Positions 23,847 to 33,989 of a stretch of DNA of 64,000 nt are shown here, piece after piece. Below the pieces are notes generated by a model. The model did no database searches and had not been told where the DNA came from. It was given only the letters and a program-made list of their open reading frames with translations. A program made the translations under genes and the position numbers. Within the stretch, counting starts at the first letter, position 1, and the number at the start of each line of letters is the position of its first letter. Source of the DNA: an uncultured delta proteobacterium (GTDB lineage Bacteria; Myxococcota; Myxococcia; Myxococcales; Myxococcaceae); contig CAVYSY010000051.1 in NCBI GenBank assembly GCA_963771175.1, positions 140,808-204,807 of the forward strand. Direction: 5' to 3'.

Positions 23847-25133
23847 TCAGGCCGTCGCCCCGACGCCCCGGCGGGTAGGGAGCGGCCGGGGAATGAAGGT
23901 GGTGACGGGCTCGCGCTTGCCGGCGACGGGGAGGGGCGGCAGCTCCTGCCAGAGGAATCCCTCGCCCGCCTGTTCCCGGGTGTCGCGGGAGACGAGCACG
24001 GGCGCCCCGTGCTCCTTGGTGAGCCGCTCGATGCGGCTGGCCAGGTTCACCGTGTCGCCGATGGCGGTGTACTCGAGGCGGCGGGTGGTGGAGCCGATGT
24101 TGCCGAGCACCACGCTCCCGGTGTGCAGGCCCACCCCCATGCGCAGGCCCGACTCGCCCCGGGCGGCCCGCTCGGCGTTCACCGCCTCCAGCTCGTCCAT
24201 CATCTCCAGCGCGCACTCCACGGCCCGCCGGGCGTGCGCCGGCTCGGGCAGGGGCGCGCCGAAGTACACCATGAGTGCGTCTCCAATGAACTTGTCGAGT
24301 GTGCCGCCGTGGCGGAACACCACCTCCACCATGCGGCCGTAGTACTCGTTGAGCACGGCCACCACGGCCTCGGGGGAGAGCCGCTCGCTCAGGGCGGTGA
24401 AGTCCCGGATGTCCGCGAAGAGGATGGTCACCTCGCGCACCTCGGGGGTGGACACCGGAGAGGCCACGTCCTGCAGGCGCTCGGCCACCGCGGGGGAGAA
24501 GTAGCGTCCGAGCTGGGCGCGCTGGAGCTCCTCGTGCGTCACCGCGGAGATGAGCACGTGGATGCGCTGGAAGAGGTAGTGCGCGGCGCCCGCCGTCAGC
24601 GCCAGCACCACCACCCCCACCACACGCGCGCCCATGCCGATGGAGGCCTCGGTCTGCAGGCACACCTCGGCCACGGCCGCCACCGCCGTCACCGTGAACG
24701 TCACCGTGCGCCGCAGCGACAGCGCCGAGATGACGATGAGGCAGGCGTAGAGACCGAGGGTGAAGCCCGCCACGCCGCCGGGTGAAGAGGAGACGGGGAT
24801 GGCCAGGTGCTGCAGCCAGTAGATGGCCGGCACGTCCACCACCGCGAGCGACAGCCCGGCCCAGCTCCCCACCCGCGTCGAGCGCAGCACGCCCACCCAC
24901 ATCGCCACGGTGCACAGCCAGTAGGCGACGAAGGGGCCGAGGTACACCTCCCAGTCCGCCAGCCCCTGCACTCGGGCCAGGTACGTGGTGATGGCCAGGA
25001 TGACGGACACGCCGAGCAAGCGCAGCATCGCGAGCCGCCCGGCGTTGTGCAGGCGTTCGGATTCGATGGCCTTCTCCACCGGCTCTCGCAGGAACTCGGC
25101 GAGAGCGGTGCGTGTCTGCCGGGTCTCGACCAC
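23847..25133 (-). CDS. Membrane-bound class III adenylate cyclase
   Basis: About six TM helices, then [17 protein letters not shown] and [15 protein letters not shown]; all canonical catalytic residues present. Confidence 0.9.
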   Translation of the reverse strand: MVETRQTRTALAEFLREPVEKAIESERLHNAGRLAMLRLLGVSVILAITTYLARVQGLADWEVYLGPFVAYWLCTVAMWVGVLRSTRVGSWAGLSLAVVDVPAIYWLQHLAIPVSSSPGGVAGFTLGLYACLIVISALSLRRTVTFTVTAVAAVAEVCLQTEASIGMGARVVGVVVLALTAGAAHYLFQRIHVLISAVTHEELQRAQLGRYFSPAVAERLQDVASPVSTPEVREVTILFADIRDFTALSERLSPEAVVAVLNEYYGRMVEVVFRHGGTLDKFIGDALMVYFGAPLPEPAHARRAVECALEMMDELEAVNAERAARGESGLRMGVGLHTGSVVLGNIGSTTRRLEYTAIGDTVNLASRIERLTKEHGAPVLVSRDTREQAGEGFLWQELPPLPVAGKREPVTTFIPRPLPTRRGVGATA

Positions 25134-25257
25134 TCTTCCTCGACCGTGCTTCGGGTGTGCGCGGCATCCTCGCATGTGCCCGGAGGGCACGCACCTTCCA
25201 CGCGCCTGCTCGCCCGGCGAGCGTCCCAAGGCGTCACGGCGGCGTTATGTTTCCGCC

Positions 25258-25728
25258 ATGTCCACGACTTCTCCCGAGAGCCTCCAGGAACGCTTCGCTC
25301 CCAACCTCGTCTGTTTCGGCTGTGGTCCCGCCAACCCCCAGGGCCTGCACGTGCGCAGCCGGGTGGAGGGCGAGCTCGTCGTCGCCGACTGGACCCCGGC
25401 CGAGCACCACCAGGCCTTCCCCGGCATGGTGAACGGGGGGATCATCGGCTCGATCCTGGATTGCCACTGCAACTGGACGGCGGCCCACGCGCTGATGAAG
25501 GAGCGCGGCCTGGACACCCCGCCGTGCACCGTCACCGCCGAGTACACCATCCAGCTCAAGCGCCCCACGCCGCTGGGGCCCCTGCACCTGGAGGCGAAGC
25601 CCGTCTCCATCGAGGGGGACAAGGTTCTCGTGGAGGGGACGCTCACCGCGGGGGGCAAGGTGTGCGCCACCTGCCGCGGCACCTTCGTGGCGGTGAGGCC
25701 GGGCCACCCCGCCTACCACCGCTGGTAG
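25258..25728 (+). CDS. PaaI-family (hotdog-fold) thioesterase
   Basis: CFGCGPANPQGL, HQAFPGMVNGGIIGSILD, VTAEYTIQLKRPTP. Confidence 0.85.
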   Translation: MSTTSPESLQERFAPNLVCFGCGPANPQGLHVRSRVEGELVVADWTPAEHHQAFPGMVNGGIIGSILDCHCNWTAAHALMKERGLDTPPCTVTAEYTIQLKRPTPLGPLHLEAKPVSIEGDKVLVEGTLTAGGKVCATCRGTFVAVRPGHPAYHRW

Positions 25729-25797
25729 AAAAGCGAGGGCCCCGCCGCCTCCGAAGAGGCTCGCGGGGCCCTGGGCCGGCACGGGGCCGGTCGGCGA

Positions 25798-26355
<558 letters not shown>

Positions 26356-26361
26356 GGTTCC

Positions 26362-26739
26362 TCAGTGCTCCCACTCCAGGGCGCCCTTCTTCCAGATGTA
26401 GATAAGGCCGACCACCAGGGTCGCAGCGAAAACGAGCATCTCCACGTACCCGAACCAACCGAGCGCCTGGAAGTTCACCGCCCAGGGGTACAGGAACACC
26501 GCTTCGACGTCGAACACGATGAACAGCAGGGCCACCACGTAGAACTTCACCGCGAAGCGCTGGCGCGCGGGGCCGCTGCTCTCGGAACCGGCCTCGAAAG
26601 CCGTGGACTTGATGGCGCTCGGCCGCCTGGGGCCCAGGATGGAGGCGAGGCTCGGGATTACCAGCGCCAGGACGCCGGACAGGAGCAGCACCACCGCCAG
26701 CGGCAGGTAGTTGGCGAGGGGGTTGATCGTGGGGTTCAT
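26362..26739 (-). CDS. nuoA: NADH-quinone oxidoreductase subunit A
   Basis: FEAG, FYVVALLFIVFDVEAVFLYPWA, WKKGALEW. Confidence 0.97.
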   Translation of the reverse strand: MNPTINPLANYLPLAVVLLLSGVLALVIPSLASILGPRRPSAIKSTAFEAGSESSGPARQRFAVKFYVVALLFIVFDVEAVFLYPWAVNFQALGWFGYVEMLVFAATLVVGLIYIWKKGALEWEH

Positions 26740-26749
26740 TTCGCGGCGG

Positions 26750-26778
26750 ACCCTAGGAGCGCCCGGGGGCGGTGTCAA
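26750..26778 (-). promoter_or_regulatory. sigma70-like promoter for nuoAB (very short leader)
   Basis: Minus strand TTGACA-17 bp-TAGGGT; the -10 element ends about 10 nt before the nuoA ATG. Confidence 0.6.
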
Positions 26779-26879
26779 TGGGTAAACCGGAGAGCCAACC
26801 CCCGGACATGACAGCGAAAAGCCGGGTGGGGTGCTCGGCCGCCCGCCCGCCCGTCCGCGAGCAGCCGGTGCGCCGGGGT

Positions 26880-26909
26880 TTGACGCTCCGCGCGTTGGCT
26901 GCCTAGGGT
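26880..26909 (+). promoter_or_regulatory. sigma70-like promoter for the MCP gene
   Basis: TTGACG-18 bp-TAGGGT, divergent from the nuoA promoter. Confidence 0.45.
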
Positions 26910-26954
26910 CGCACCCTGGCGCGCCTTCCGATCAGACAAGAGAGAAACCCAAGC

Positions 26955-28517
26955 ATGTGGGGTCGGCTCAGTTTGCGCTGGCAGGTGGCCTTCGCGGTGC
27001 TGGTTCCCAGCCTCGCGGTGGCCCTGTTCAGCGCGGTTTATTTTCCGAAGCAGCAGCTGGACTTCAGGCTGAAGAGACTCGAGGACCGGGCGCGGATCGT
27101 GGGGCTGCTCGCCTCGGAGCAGCTCTCGACCGTGCTGGCGCGGGGCGGCCAGGTGTCCCCGGCCGCTCCTGGCTCGCAGCCGGTGGAGCAGCTCGCGCAC
27201 CACTTCGAGCGGGTGGAGCAGGCGGGCTCCATCTCCTTCCAGGCGGTGCTGGCGCCCGACGGCAAGATGCTGTCCACGCGCGGCAACGTGCCCAAGGGGC
27301 TGAAGGGAGGCTCGGCGGCCGAGGGCTGCGAGGTGCTGCGCGTGCAGGGCGGCCCGGTGGCGCTGTGCGCGCTGCCCGGGGGCCACACCTACGTGGTGGG
27401 CCTGGACTCCGCCGCGGTGAATGCGGAGGCGGACGCCATGCGCTGGCCGAGTCTCCTGGTGTACCTGGGTGCCACGGTGGTGGGCCTGTTCATCGCCTTC
27501 TTCATCGGGCGGGCCATCGCCGAGCCGGTGACGCGCATGACGCAGGCGGCGCGCGAGGTGTCGCAGGGCGACATGTCGCTGAGCGAGGTGGACGTGGCCT
27601 CCGCGGGCGAGGTGCGGATGATGGCGCACTCCTTCAACGAGATGCTGGGCACGCTGCGCGGCACGGTGACGGAGCTGCTGGCGCGGCTCGAGCAACTCTC
27701 CAGCGCCTCGCGGGGGCTGACGGGCGCGTCCGCGGACCAGGAGCACGTCATCAGCCAGCAGGCGGCGTACGCGCAGCAGATCGCCGCCACCTTCGAGGAG
27801 CTGAGCCGCACGGCGGAGCAGATTTCGAGCTCCACCGAGGTGGTGGAGTCCAGCGCGCGGCGCACGCACGAGGCGGTGGCCGAGGCGATGGCGGTGGTGG
27901 CGCAGGTGGTGGCGGGCATCAACGACATCCGCATGGAGTCCAAGGGCGTGGCGGACGCCATCGTGGGCCTCAACCAGGACCTGCAGCAGGTGTCGAAGAT
28001 TGCCCAGGTCATCAACCAGGTGGCGGAGCGCTCGGACCTGCTGGCGCTGAACGCGGCGCTGGAGGGCACGAAGGCGGGCGAGGTGGGGCGGGGCTTCTCG
28101 CTGGTGGCGGCGGAGATGCGCAAGCTGGCCGAGAGCGTGTCCGCCTCCGCGCGGGACATCGCGCGCATCGTCGAGAAGGTGCAGGACTCGGGGAACGAGG
28201 CGGCCACCAAGGCGCGCGTGGGCATGGCCACGAGCGACCGTGGCGTGGAGGTGGCCGAGCAGGCCTCGGCGGTGTTCCAGCGGATTGTCGAGCTGGCGCG
28301 CGGCACGAGCGAGGCGGCGCGGCAGATTACGATCGCCACGCGGCAGCAGCGTCAGTCCAGCGAGCAGGCCGTGCAGGGCGCGCGCAACGTGGCCGAGCTG
28401 GTGAAGCAGGGCGTGGACGCCACGGGCCGCACCACGCGGATTGCGCAGGATCTGCAGAACGTGGCCGACAGCCTCACGGTGCTCACCAGCAAGTTCAAGG
28501 TGGCCCGAGACCGGTAG
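26955..28517 (+). CDS. Methyl-accepting chemotaxis protein
   Basis: Two TM helices, HAMP domain, signalling hairpin INQVAERSDLLALNAALEG..AGEVGRGFSLVAAEMRKLAE. Confidence 0.95.
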   Translation: MWGRLSLRWQVAFAVLVPSLAVALFSAVYFPKQQLDFRLKRLEDRARIVGLLASEQLSTVLARGGQVSPAAPGSQPVEQLAHHFERVEQAGSISFQAVLAPDGKMLSTRGNVPKGLKGGSAAEGCEVLRVQGGPVALCALPGGHTYVVGLDSAAVNAEADAMRWPSLLVYLGATVVGLFIAFFIGRAIAEPVTRMTQAAREVSQGDMSLSEVDVASAGEVRMMAHSFNEMLGTLRGTVTELLARLEQLSSASRGLTGASADQEHVISQQAAYAQQIAATFEELSRTAEQISSSTEVVESSARRTHEAVAEAMAVVAQVVAGINDIRMESKGVADAIVGLNQDLQQVSKIAQVINQVAERSDLLALNAALEGTKAGEVGRGFSLVAAEMRKLAESVSASARDIARIVEKVQDSGNEAATKARVGMATSDRGVEVAEQASAVFQRIVELARGTSEAARQITIATRQQRQSSEQAVQGARNVAELVKQGVDATGRTTRIAQDLQNVADSLTVLTSKFKVARDR

Positions 28518-28539
28518 GGGCGAGCATCCCCTGAGCGAG

Positions 28540-28607
28540 CCTCACTTCTGGACGTCCAGAAGTGAGGTGGGTGGATGTGTGATGCTTCTGGACGTCCAGA
28601 AGTGAGG
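28540..28607. repeat. Duplicated REP-like palindrome
   Basis: Perfect 28-bp palindrome CCTCACTTCTGGACGTCCAGAAGTGAGG at 28540-28567; 23-bp copy CTTCTGGACGTCCAGAAGTGAGG at 28585-28607. Confidence 0.85.
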
Positions 28608-28614
28608 GCCCACG

Positions 28615-28910
28615 TCAGGCCCGGACCAGCTCGAGGCGCGTCCGCTTTGGCGGCTGACCGAAGGGGAAATAGCGCAGTTTGGGCGGTGCTCCTCCCGGAG
28701 CGAGCTGGGGCCGCACGTCTCGCCGCGCCATTTCGCGCGCGAATGCCGTAGCGAACTGCACCACCTCCACCCAGGCCAGGTGGTAGCCCAGACAGAAGTG
28801 GGGGCCGCCCCCGAACGCCGCGGTCTCGATGGCCGAGGGTGGCAGGCGCCTCCCCATCCAGCGCGAGGGATCGAATCGCTCCGGCTCCGGACGGCGGGAA
28901 GCTGGATCCG
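28615..28910 (-). pseudogene. Cytochrome P450 C-terminal remnant
   Basis: PERFDPSRW and the heme-ligand motif FGGGPHFCLG. The space where the rest of a P450 would lie is occupied by an unrelated gene. Confidence 0.8.
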
Positions 28911-28952
28911 CCTGGAGTTGGCCGCGAAACATCGTGGGCCAGCCCGGCTCGC

Positions 28953-29549
28953 CTACCAGCGGTCGTAGGTGAAGAGACAGTCGATGAGTTGGGCGTTGCC
29001 GAGGGCCTTGTTTCCGCACTCGATATCGGGAACCGGAGTGAAAAGCGTGTCGTGAGGCAGGGGCTGCACGCCTAGTTCCGTGCGCACCAGTGCCTCTATC
29101 TTGTCCGAGAGGGGCTTCGTTTCTGGCACATCCTCGTAGACGAGCTTCGTCTCCACCCACCTGCGTCCGACAAGCTTGCGGAAGGAGCTATAGCGCACAT
29201 AGACCGGCGCCAAGATGCTGACGAGGAGCACGACGGCGCGGACCTCCTGGCCGCCTCCCTCCAGCGGCAGCACCTCGGGGAGGTACACCCGGGCACGCCA
29301 GCAGTTGTCGTTGGAGAAGAGCACGCTCCAATCCTCCACGCGACAGTGGGGCAGCGCATCTGTCAGCATGGAGAAGAGGCGCTGCCAGGGGCCCGAGTTC
29401 TCCAGGGCTTCCCGACGCGCCCGCAACAGGCGCTGGTACTGCACCGATTCGCTGTAGCCTTCATCGAACTCCCTGATATGGGCCGGGTAGTACTGGTGGA
29501 CCAGTTCGAGCAGCCGGGGAGTGGACAAGTCAGCGTGCATCGATGTCAT
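28953..29549 (-). CDS. Hypothetical cytoplasmic protein (possible immunity-like partner)
   Basis: 198 aa ORF with GAGGG RBS, less GC-biased than its neighbours, downstream of a lipoprotein gene. Confidence 0.65.
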   Translation of the reverse strand: MTSMHADLSTPRLLELVHQYYPAHIREFDEGYSESVQYQRLLRARREALENSGPWQRLFSMLTDALPHCRVEDWSVLFSNDNCWRARVYLPEVLPLEGGGQEVRAVVLLVSILAPVYVRYSSFRKLVGRRWVETKLVYEDVPETKPLSDKIEALVRTELGVQPLPHDTLFTPVPDIECGNKALGNAQLIDCLFTYDRW

Positions 29550-29604
29550 CCCTCGTCATTGGCACGACCAGTGAGCGCCTTCGACTCCATGCGCGGGTCC
29601 CTGG

Positions 29605-30039
29605 TCAGAGGGCCTTGAGGACACGGGTCCCATCCAAGGTTTCTCCCATCTCCTTCTGCATTTCCTCCTGGAAGCGCTTGCACAGCTCTGCCGACAACAA
29701 CCCCTGCTGCTTCAGTGTCCGCTCGGCGGCGATATCCGCCGCCCTCGCGGCTTCCAACTGTGCGAACTCGTCGGTCACGATTCCGAGGTAATTGACCTCT
29801 GGCACCTGCACTTCGATGGGACAGTGGACGTTCCTGCGAACACCTTGTTCCGTTACGTGTAGCAGATGGATGATCACCCGGGCTGATTTCCACCCACCGG
29901 GTCCGGGCGCTCTCAACGGAACGATGGGCTGGAACTGGAACTGAGACGGCGAGATGCCGCCCGGCCCACCGACGATGGACACGCAGGCCATCAGGCTCAG
30001 CAGGGCGGCGAAGGCGAGTCCCACGTAAGAGCGCAGCAT
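29605..30039 (-). CDS. Small lipoprotein, unknown function
   Basis: MLRSYVGLAFAALLSLMAC lipobox; GGAGG RBS; two further Cys residues. Confidence 0.65.
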   Translation of the reverse strand: MLRSYVGLAFAALLSLMACVSIVGGPGGISPSQFQFQPIVPLRAPGPGGWKSARVIIHLLHVTEQGVRRNVHCPIEVQVPEVNYLGIVTDEFAQLEAARAADIAAERTLKQQGLLSAELCKRFQEEMQKEMGETLDGTRVLKAL

Positions 30040-30180
30040 GCAGCCTCCGAGACTTGGGATTCTCGGACACCCTACGCCTGCGCACTGACACGCTATGGGG
30101 GGCAACCCAACAGGTTGCTGCACTGTCTGCTCGGCCCAACGGGACTGGTGCGCGCCGTTGAGGCGGCCGAAGCCGTTTTT

Positions 30181-31017
30181 CTAGCCCGGTCGGGCGCTCT
30201 GGCTCGCGGCCCGGGCGCGCAGCCGCGCGAAGTTCTCCGGTGGCGTCGGGGAGTCACCAGGGCGCTTGCCCGGCGTCACCTGCTCGCCATGGAAGTCGCT
30301 GCCCCCGGTGGTCACCAGGTCGAACTCCTTGGCGAACTTCAGGTACTTCTCCCGCACGCTCGGGTTGTGGTCCGAGTGCAGCGCCTCCAGCCCGTCCAGG
30401 CCGTCCTTCGCCAGCATCCGGAGTTCATGGCGCTCCACCTTCGAGCTGCCCGGGTGCGCCAGCGTGGCCGTGCCTCCCGCACGGTGGATGAGCTTGATGG
30501 CATCCCCTCCGTCCAGCTTGAACCGGTCCACCCACGCCGACCTGCCCGCTCCGAGGAAACGGTCGAAGGCCTCCTTCACGTCCAGGCACCAGCCCCGCTC
30601 CACCAGCACCCGCGCCAGGTGAGGCCTGCCGAGCTGCGCGTTCCCCGCCACCGCCCGCACGTTCCCCATCGTCACCGGAAAGCCCAGGCGCCGCATCTGC
30701 TCCACCATCCGCTCCATCCGCTGCTCTCGCTCCACGCTCAGCCGCGCTGAGAAGCTGGCCAGCTCCTCGAAGTCCGGCCGCACGAAGTGCCCCAGGATGT
30801 GCACCTCGCGCTTGAGCACGAACGCGGACAGCTCGATGCCCGGCACCAGCTCCACCCCGTGCGCCCTCGCCGCCTCCTCCGCCTCTCCCAGCCCCGCCAC
30901 CGTGTCGTGGTCCGTCACCGCCAGCGCCGTCACCCCCGCGCTCGCCGCCAGGGCGAGCAGCTCGGCGGGCGAGTGTTGGCCATCGCTCGCGGTGGTGTGG
31001 GAATGCAGATCAATCAC
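30181..31017 (-). CDS. PHP-domain phosphoesterase (TrpH/YciV-like)
   Basis: IDLHSHTTASDG, AVTDHDT, HILG, GRPH, LAHP, TGGSDFHG. Confidence 0.92.
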   Translation of the reverse strand: MIDLHSHTTASDGQHSPAELLALAASAGVTALAVTDHDTVAGLGEAEEAARAHGVELVPGIELSAFVLKREVHILGHFVRPDFEELASFSARLSVEREQRMERMVEQMRRLGFPVTMGNVRAVAGNAQLGRPHLARVLVERGWCLDVKEAFDRFLGAGRSAWVDRFKLDGGDAIKLIHRAGGTATLAHPGSSKVERHELRMLAKDGLDGLEALHSDHNPSVREKYLKFAKEFDLVTTGGSDFHGEQVTPGKRPGDSPTPPENFARLRARAASQSARPG

Positions 31018-31104
31018 GGTTGGACTCCAGAGGCTCGGGTTGAAAGGTCCGCTTACGACCCGTAGGATGTGGGATAAACCTGAGACTCGCCGATGACGGC
31101 CGCA

Positions 31105-31557
31105 ATGCAGCACCACCCGTTCCAGATTTCCCGGAGAATCGAATACGGGATGAGGGCCATGATCTTCCTGGCCTCGCAACCCATGGAGCGCACGATTCCC
31201 TTCCGGGAGATCGCCCGCCGCATGGATGTGCCGGAGGACTTCCTGGCGAAGATCCTCAAGACGCTCGTCGAGCGCAACCTGGTTCGCTCCACCCGGGGGG
31301 CGCACGGAGGGTACGCACTCGCCCGGCCCGCGCGTGAGATGTCCTTCCTGGACGTCATCGAGGCCGTGGAGGGTCCGGTGGTGGTCAACGTCTGCCAGGA
31401 TGGCAGCAACCACGACTCCTGCAAGGCCACCGGCAGTTGCACCATGTACGGGGTGTGGAAGCTGGGCCAGCAGCGCATGCTGGAGGTCTACCGCCACACC
31501 ACGCTGGACCGGCTCGCGATGAGCGACCTGCGCATGCTCGAGCCGGCACCTCAGTAG
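31105..31557 (+). CDS. Rrf2-family transcriptional regulator
   Basis: YGMRAMIFLA, FLAKILKTL, STRGAHGGYAL, DVIEAVEG; three Cys residues (possible Fe-S ligands). Confidence 0.92.
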   Translation: MQHHPFQISRRIEYGMRAMIFLASQPMERTIPFREIARRMDVPEDFLAKILKTLVERNLVRSTRGAHGGYALARPAREMSFLDVIEAVEGPVVVNVCQDGSNHDSCKATGSCTMYGVWKLGQQRMLEVYRHTTLDRLAMSDLRMLEPAPQ

Positions 31558-31620
31558 GGGGAGGAAGCGCAAGTAAACGCGTGCTCCCCTCGGCGCGCGG
31601 GCGGTGATAGATCGCGCGCC

Positions 31621-32832
31621 ATGGCCAAGACCCCCGCGAAGTCCAAGAAGAACCTGCGCTCCCACTACGCGGGCGCGCGCAAGGCGGACCCTCGTCCCAT
31701 CACCGGCAAGGAGAGCCCCAGCGAGCTGCTCGAGCACGCCTTCTCGGCCTACGTGGGCCGCCAGGAGCGCACCGCGTTCGAGCTGATGCGCCGCTCCATG
31801 GAGGAGGATGCCTCCATCTTCCTCACGCTCTCGGGCGCGATGACGCCGGCGGGTCTGCACCAGAGCTGCATCATCCCGCTCATCGAGAAGGGCGTCATCT
31901 CGGCGCTCACCACCACCGGCGCCAACCTCTACCACGACGCCCACCGCATCATCGGCCACGCCATCCGCGAGGTGAACCCCAACGCGGGTGACCTCCAGTA
32001 CCGCCTGGCGCGCATCATCCGCATCTACGACCTGGGCTTCTGGGAGGAGGCGCTGCTCGACACCGACCGCCTCTTCTCCGCGCTCCTGCGCCGCCCCGAG
32101 TTCCAGCGGAAGATGACCACCCCCGAGTTCCACTACCTGCTCGGCAAGAACATCCAGGCGATTGAAAAGCAGCTCGGCGTGAAGCAGCCCTCGCTGCTGT
32201 CCACCTGCTACAAGCATGCCGTGCCCATCTTCGTGGGCGCGGTGCAGGACGGCTCCATCTTCCTCAACGCCGTCAAGCTCAAGCGCCTGCTCGGGCCCGA
32301 GTTCAAGTTCGAGATCGACATCAACGACGACGTCTACTGGATGGCGGCGCTCCAGCACTACAGCCGCCACCACTTCTCCAACAAGATGGCCATCTGGATC
32401 CTCGGCGGCGGCGTGCCCAAGAACTACACGCTGCAGGGCGAGCCGCTGCTGGACCAGATTCTCGGCGTGCCCACGGACGGCTTCGACATCGACGTGCAGT
32501 TCTGCGTGGACCCGGTGGACAACGGGGCGCTGTCGAGCTGCCCGGCCGGTGAGGGCCACACCTGGGGCAAGGTGTCCATGGAGGCGGTGGAGGTGGGCTC
32601 CATGTACGTCCACACCGACGTCACGGCCGTCTTCCCGTGGCTCACCCACGCGCTGCTGAGCGACTCCAAGATGAAGCGCAAGCCGCGCCGGCTCATGGAC
32701 GTCATGCAGGAGGCGGTGACCTTCCTCGACAAGGACGTGCAGAAGCGCCGCAAGTCGCTGCTGAAGACGATCGACTGGAGCCCGGACGAGGAGAAGCCCA
32801 ACCCGGACGAGCACACCGCCTACGTTCGTTGA
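31621..32832 (+). CDS. Deoxyhypusine synthase-like protein
   Basis: LTLSGAMTPAG, TTGANLYHD, DGSI, LGGGVPKN, GALSS, EGHTWGKV (catalytic Lys). Confidence 0.9.
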   Translation: MAKTPAKSKKNLRSHYAGARKADPRPITGKESPSELLEHAFSAYVGRQERTAFELMRRSMEEDASIFLTLSGAMTPAGLHQSCIIPLIEKGVISALTTTGANLYHDAHRIIGHAIREVNPNAGDLQYRLARIIRIYDLGFWEEALLDTDRLFSALLRRPEFQRKMTTPEFHYLLGKNIQAIEKQLGVKQPSLLSTCYKHAVPIFVGAVQDGSIFLNAVKLKRLLGPEFKFEIDINDDVYWMAALQHYSRHHFSNKMAIWILGGGVPKNYTLQGEPLLDQILGVPTDGFDIDVQFCVDPVDNGALSSCPAGEGHTWGKVSMEAVEVGSMYVHTDVTAVFPWLTHALLSDSKMKRKPRRLMDVMQEAVTFLDKDVQKRRKSLLKTIDWSPDEEKPNPDEHTAYVR

Positions 32833-32838
32833 GGAGTC

Positions 32839-33291
32839 ATGACCATGAGCCAACCGACTCCCGCCACCGGCGTGGTGATGACCGTCGAGAGCGCGCCGGG
32901 CTTCCACTGCCGGCTCGAGCACGGCCCCTCCGGCACGAAGATCACCACCGAGGCCCCCAAGGACAACGGCGGCACCGGCATGTCCTTCTCGCCCACGGAC
33001 CTCGTGGGTGCGGCGCTCGCCTCCTGCGCCCTCACCACCATGGCGCTGGCGGCCTCGCGTGAGGGGATTCCCCTCGGCGACGCGCGGGCCCGGGTGGAGA
33101 AGCGGATGACGCCTCCGCCCCGCCGCATCGGTGAGCTGGTGCTGGAGATCGACATGCCCGCGGGCCTGTCCGCCGCGCAGCGCACCCGGCTGGAGGAGGT
33201 GGCGCACGGCTGTCCCGTCATGCGCAGCCTCCACCCGGACGTGAAGCTGCCGGTGACCTTCCGCTACCCGGACGCGCCCCGCCAGGACTGA
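32839..33291 (+). CDS. OsmC-family protein
   Basis: APKDNGG..FSPTDLVGAALASC...CPVMRSL. Confidence 0.9.
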   Translation: MTMSQPTPATGVVMTVESAPGFHCRLEHGPSGTKITTEAPKDNGGTGMSFSPTDLVGAALASCALTTMALAASREGIPLGDARARVEKRMTPPPRRIGELVLEIDMPAGLSAAQRTRLEEVAHGCPVMRSLHPDVKLPVTFRYPDAPRQD

Positions 33292-33401
33292 AGGGCTCGT
33301 CCCGTCGCCTGCTCCTCGAACACCCGGGCACGGTGCCATGCGCCGTGACCCGGGAATGCCGACCCTCCCTTGGGGGAGGGGCGAGCACGAGGAGGGTCGC
33401 G

Positions 33402-33938
33402 TTGAACCTGGACCTGTTGCGGATCTACCTGAACGACCATCTCGCGGGCTCCATGGTGGGCCTGGAGCTGGCCCGCAGGACGAAGGCGGAGAACGCGGGC
33501 AACCCGGTGGGCGAGTACTACGCCGAGCTCGTGCCCGAGCTGCGGGAGGATCGCGCGACGCTCATCGGCGTGATGGCGGCGCTGGGGCTGAAGCGCGACG
33601 CGGTGAAGCAGGGCGCGGCCTGGGTGGGCGAGAAGCTGGGGCGGCTGAAGCTCAACGGGCGGCTCACGGGCTACTCGCCGCTGAGCCGGGTGGTGGAGCT
33701 GGAGGGGCTGTGCCTGGGCACCGAGGGGCGGCTGTCGCTGTGGCGGACGCTGCGGCGGCTGGCGCGCAAGGACGAGCGCCTGGGCCGCTTCGACTTCACC
33801 ACGCTCATCACCCGGACGGAGTACCAGCGGCGCACGCTGGAGCGGCTGCGGCAGCAGGCCGCGGACGGGGCCTTCCTGGAGCCCGGTGAGGCCTCGGTGG
33901 TGCGCCTCACTCCCGCTCCCTCCGGACGGAGCGGGTGA
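33402..33938 (+). CDS. Conserved hypothetical helical protein
   Basis: IYLNDHLAGS...EKLGRLKLNGRL..YSPLSRVVELE; GAGGAGG RBS. Confidence 0.7.
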   Translation: MNLDLLRIYLNDHLAGSMVGLELARRTKAENAGNPVGEYYAELVPELREDRATLIGVMAALGLKRDAVKQGAAWVGEKLGRLKLNGRLTGYSPLSRVVELEGLCLGTEGRLSLWRTLRRLARKDERLGRFDFTTLITRTEYQRRTLERLRQQAADGAFLEPGEASVVRLTPAPSGRSG

Positions 33939-33989
33939 GGCCGTAGCGGAGCGGGATTCTCGCGGGGGATGCGCCTATAAGGTGCCCCC

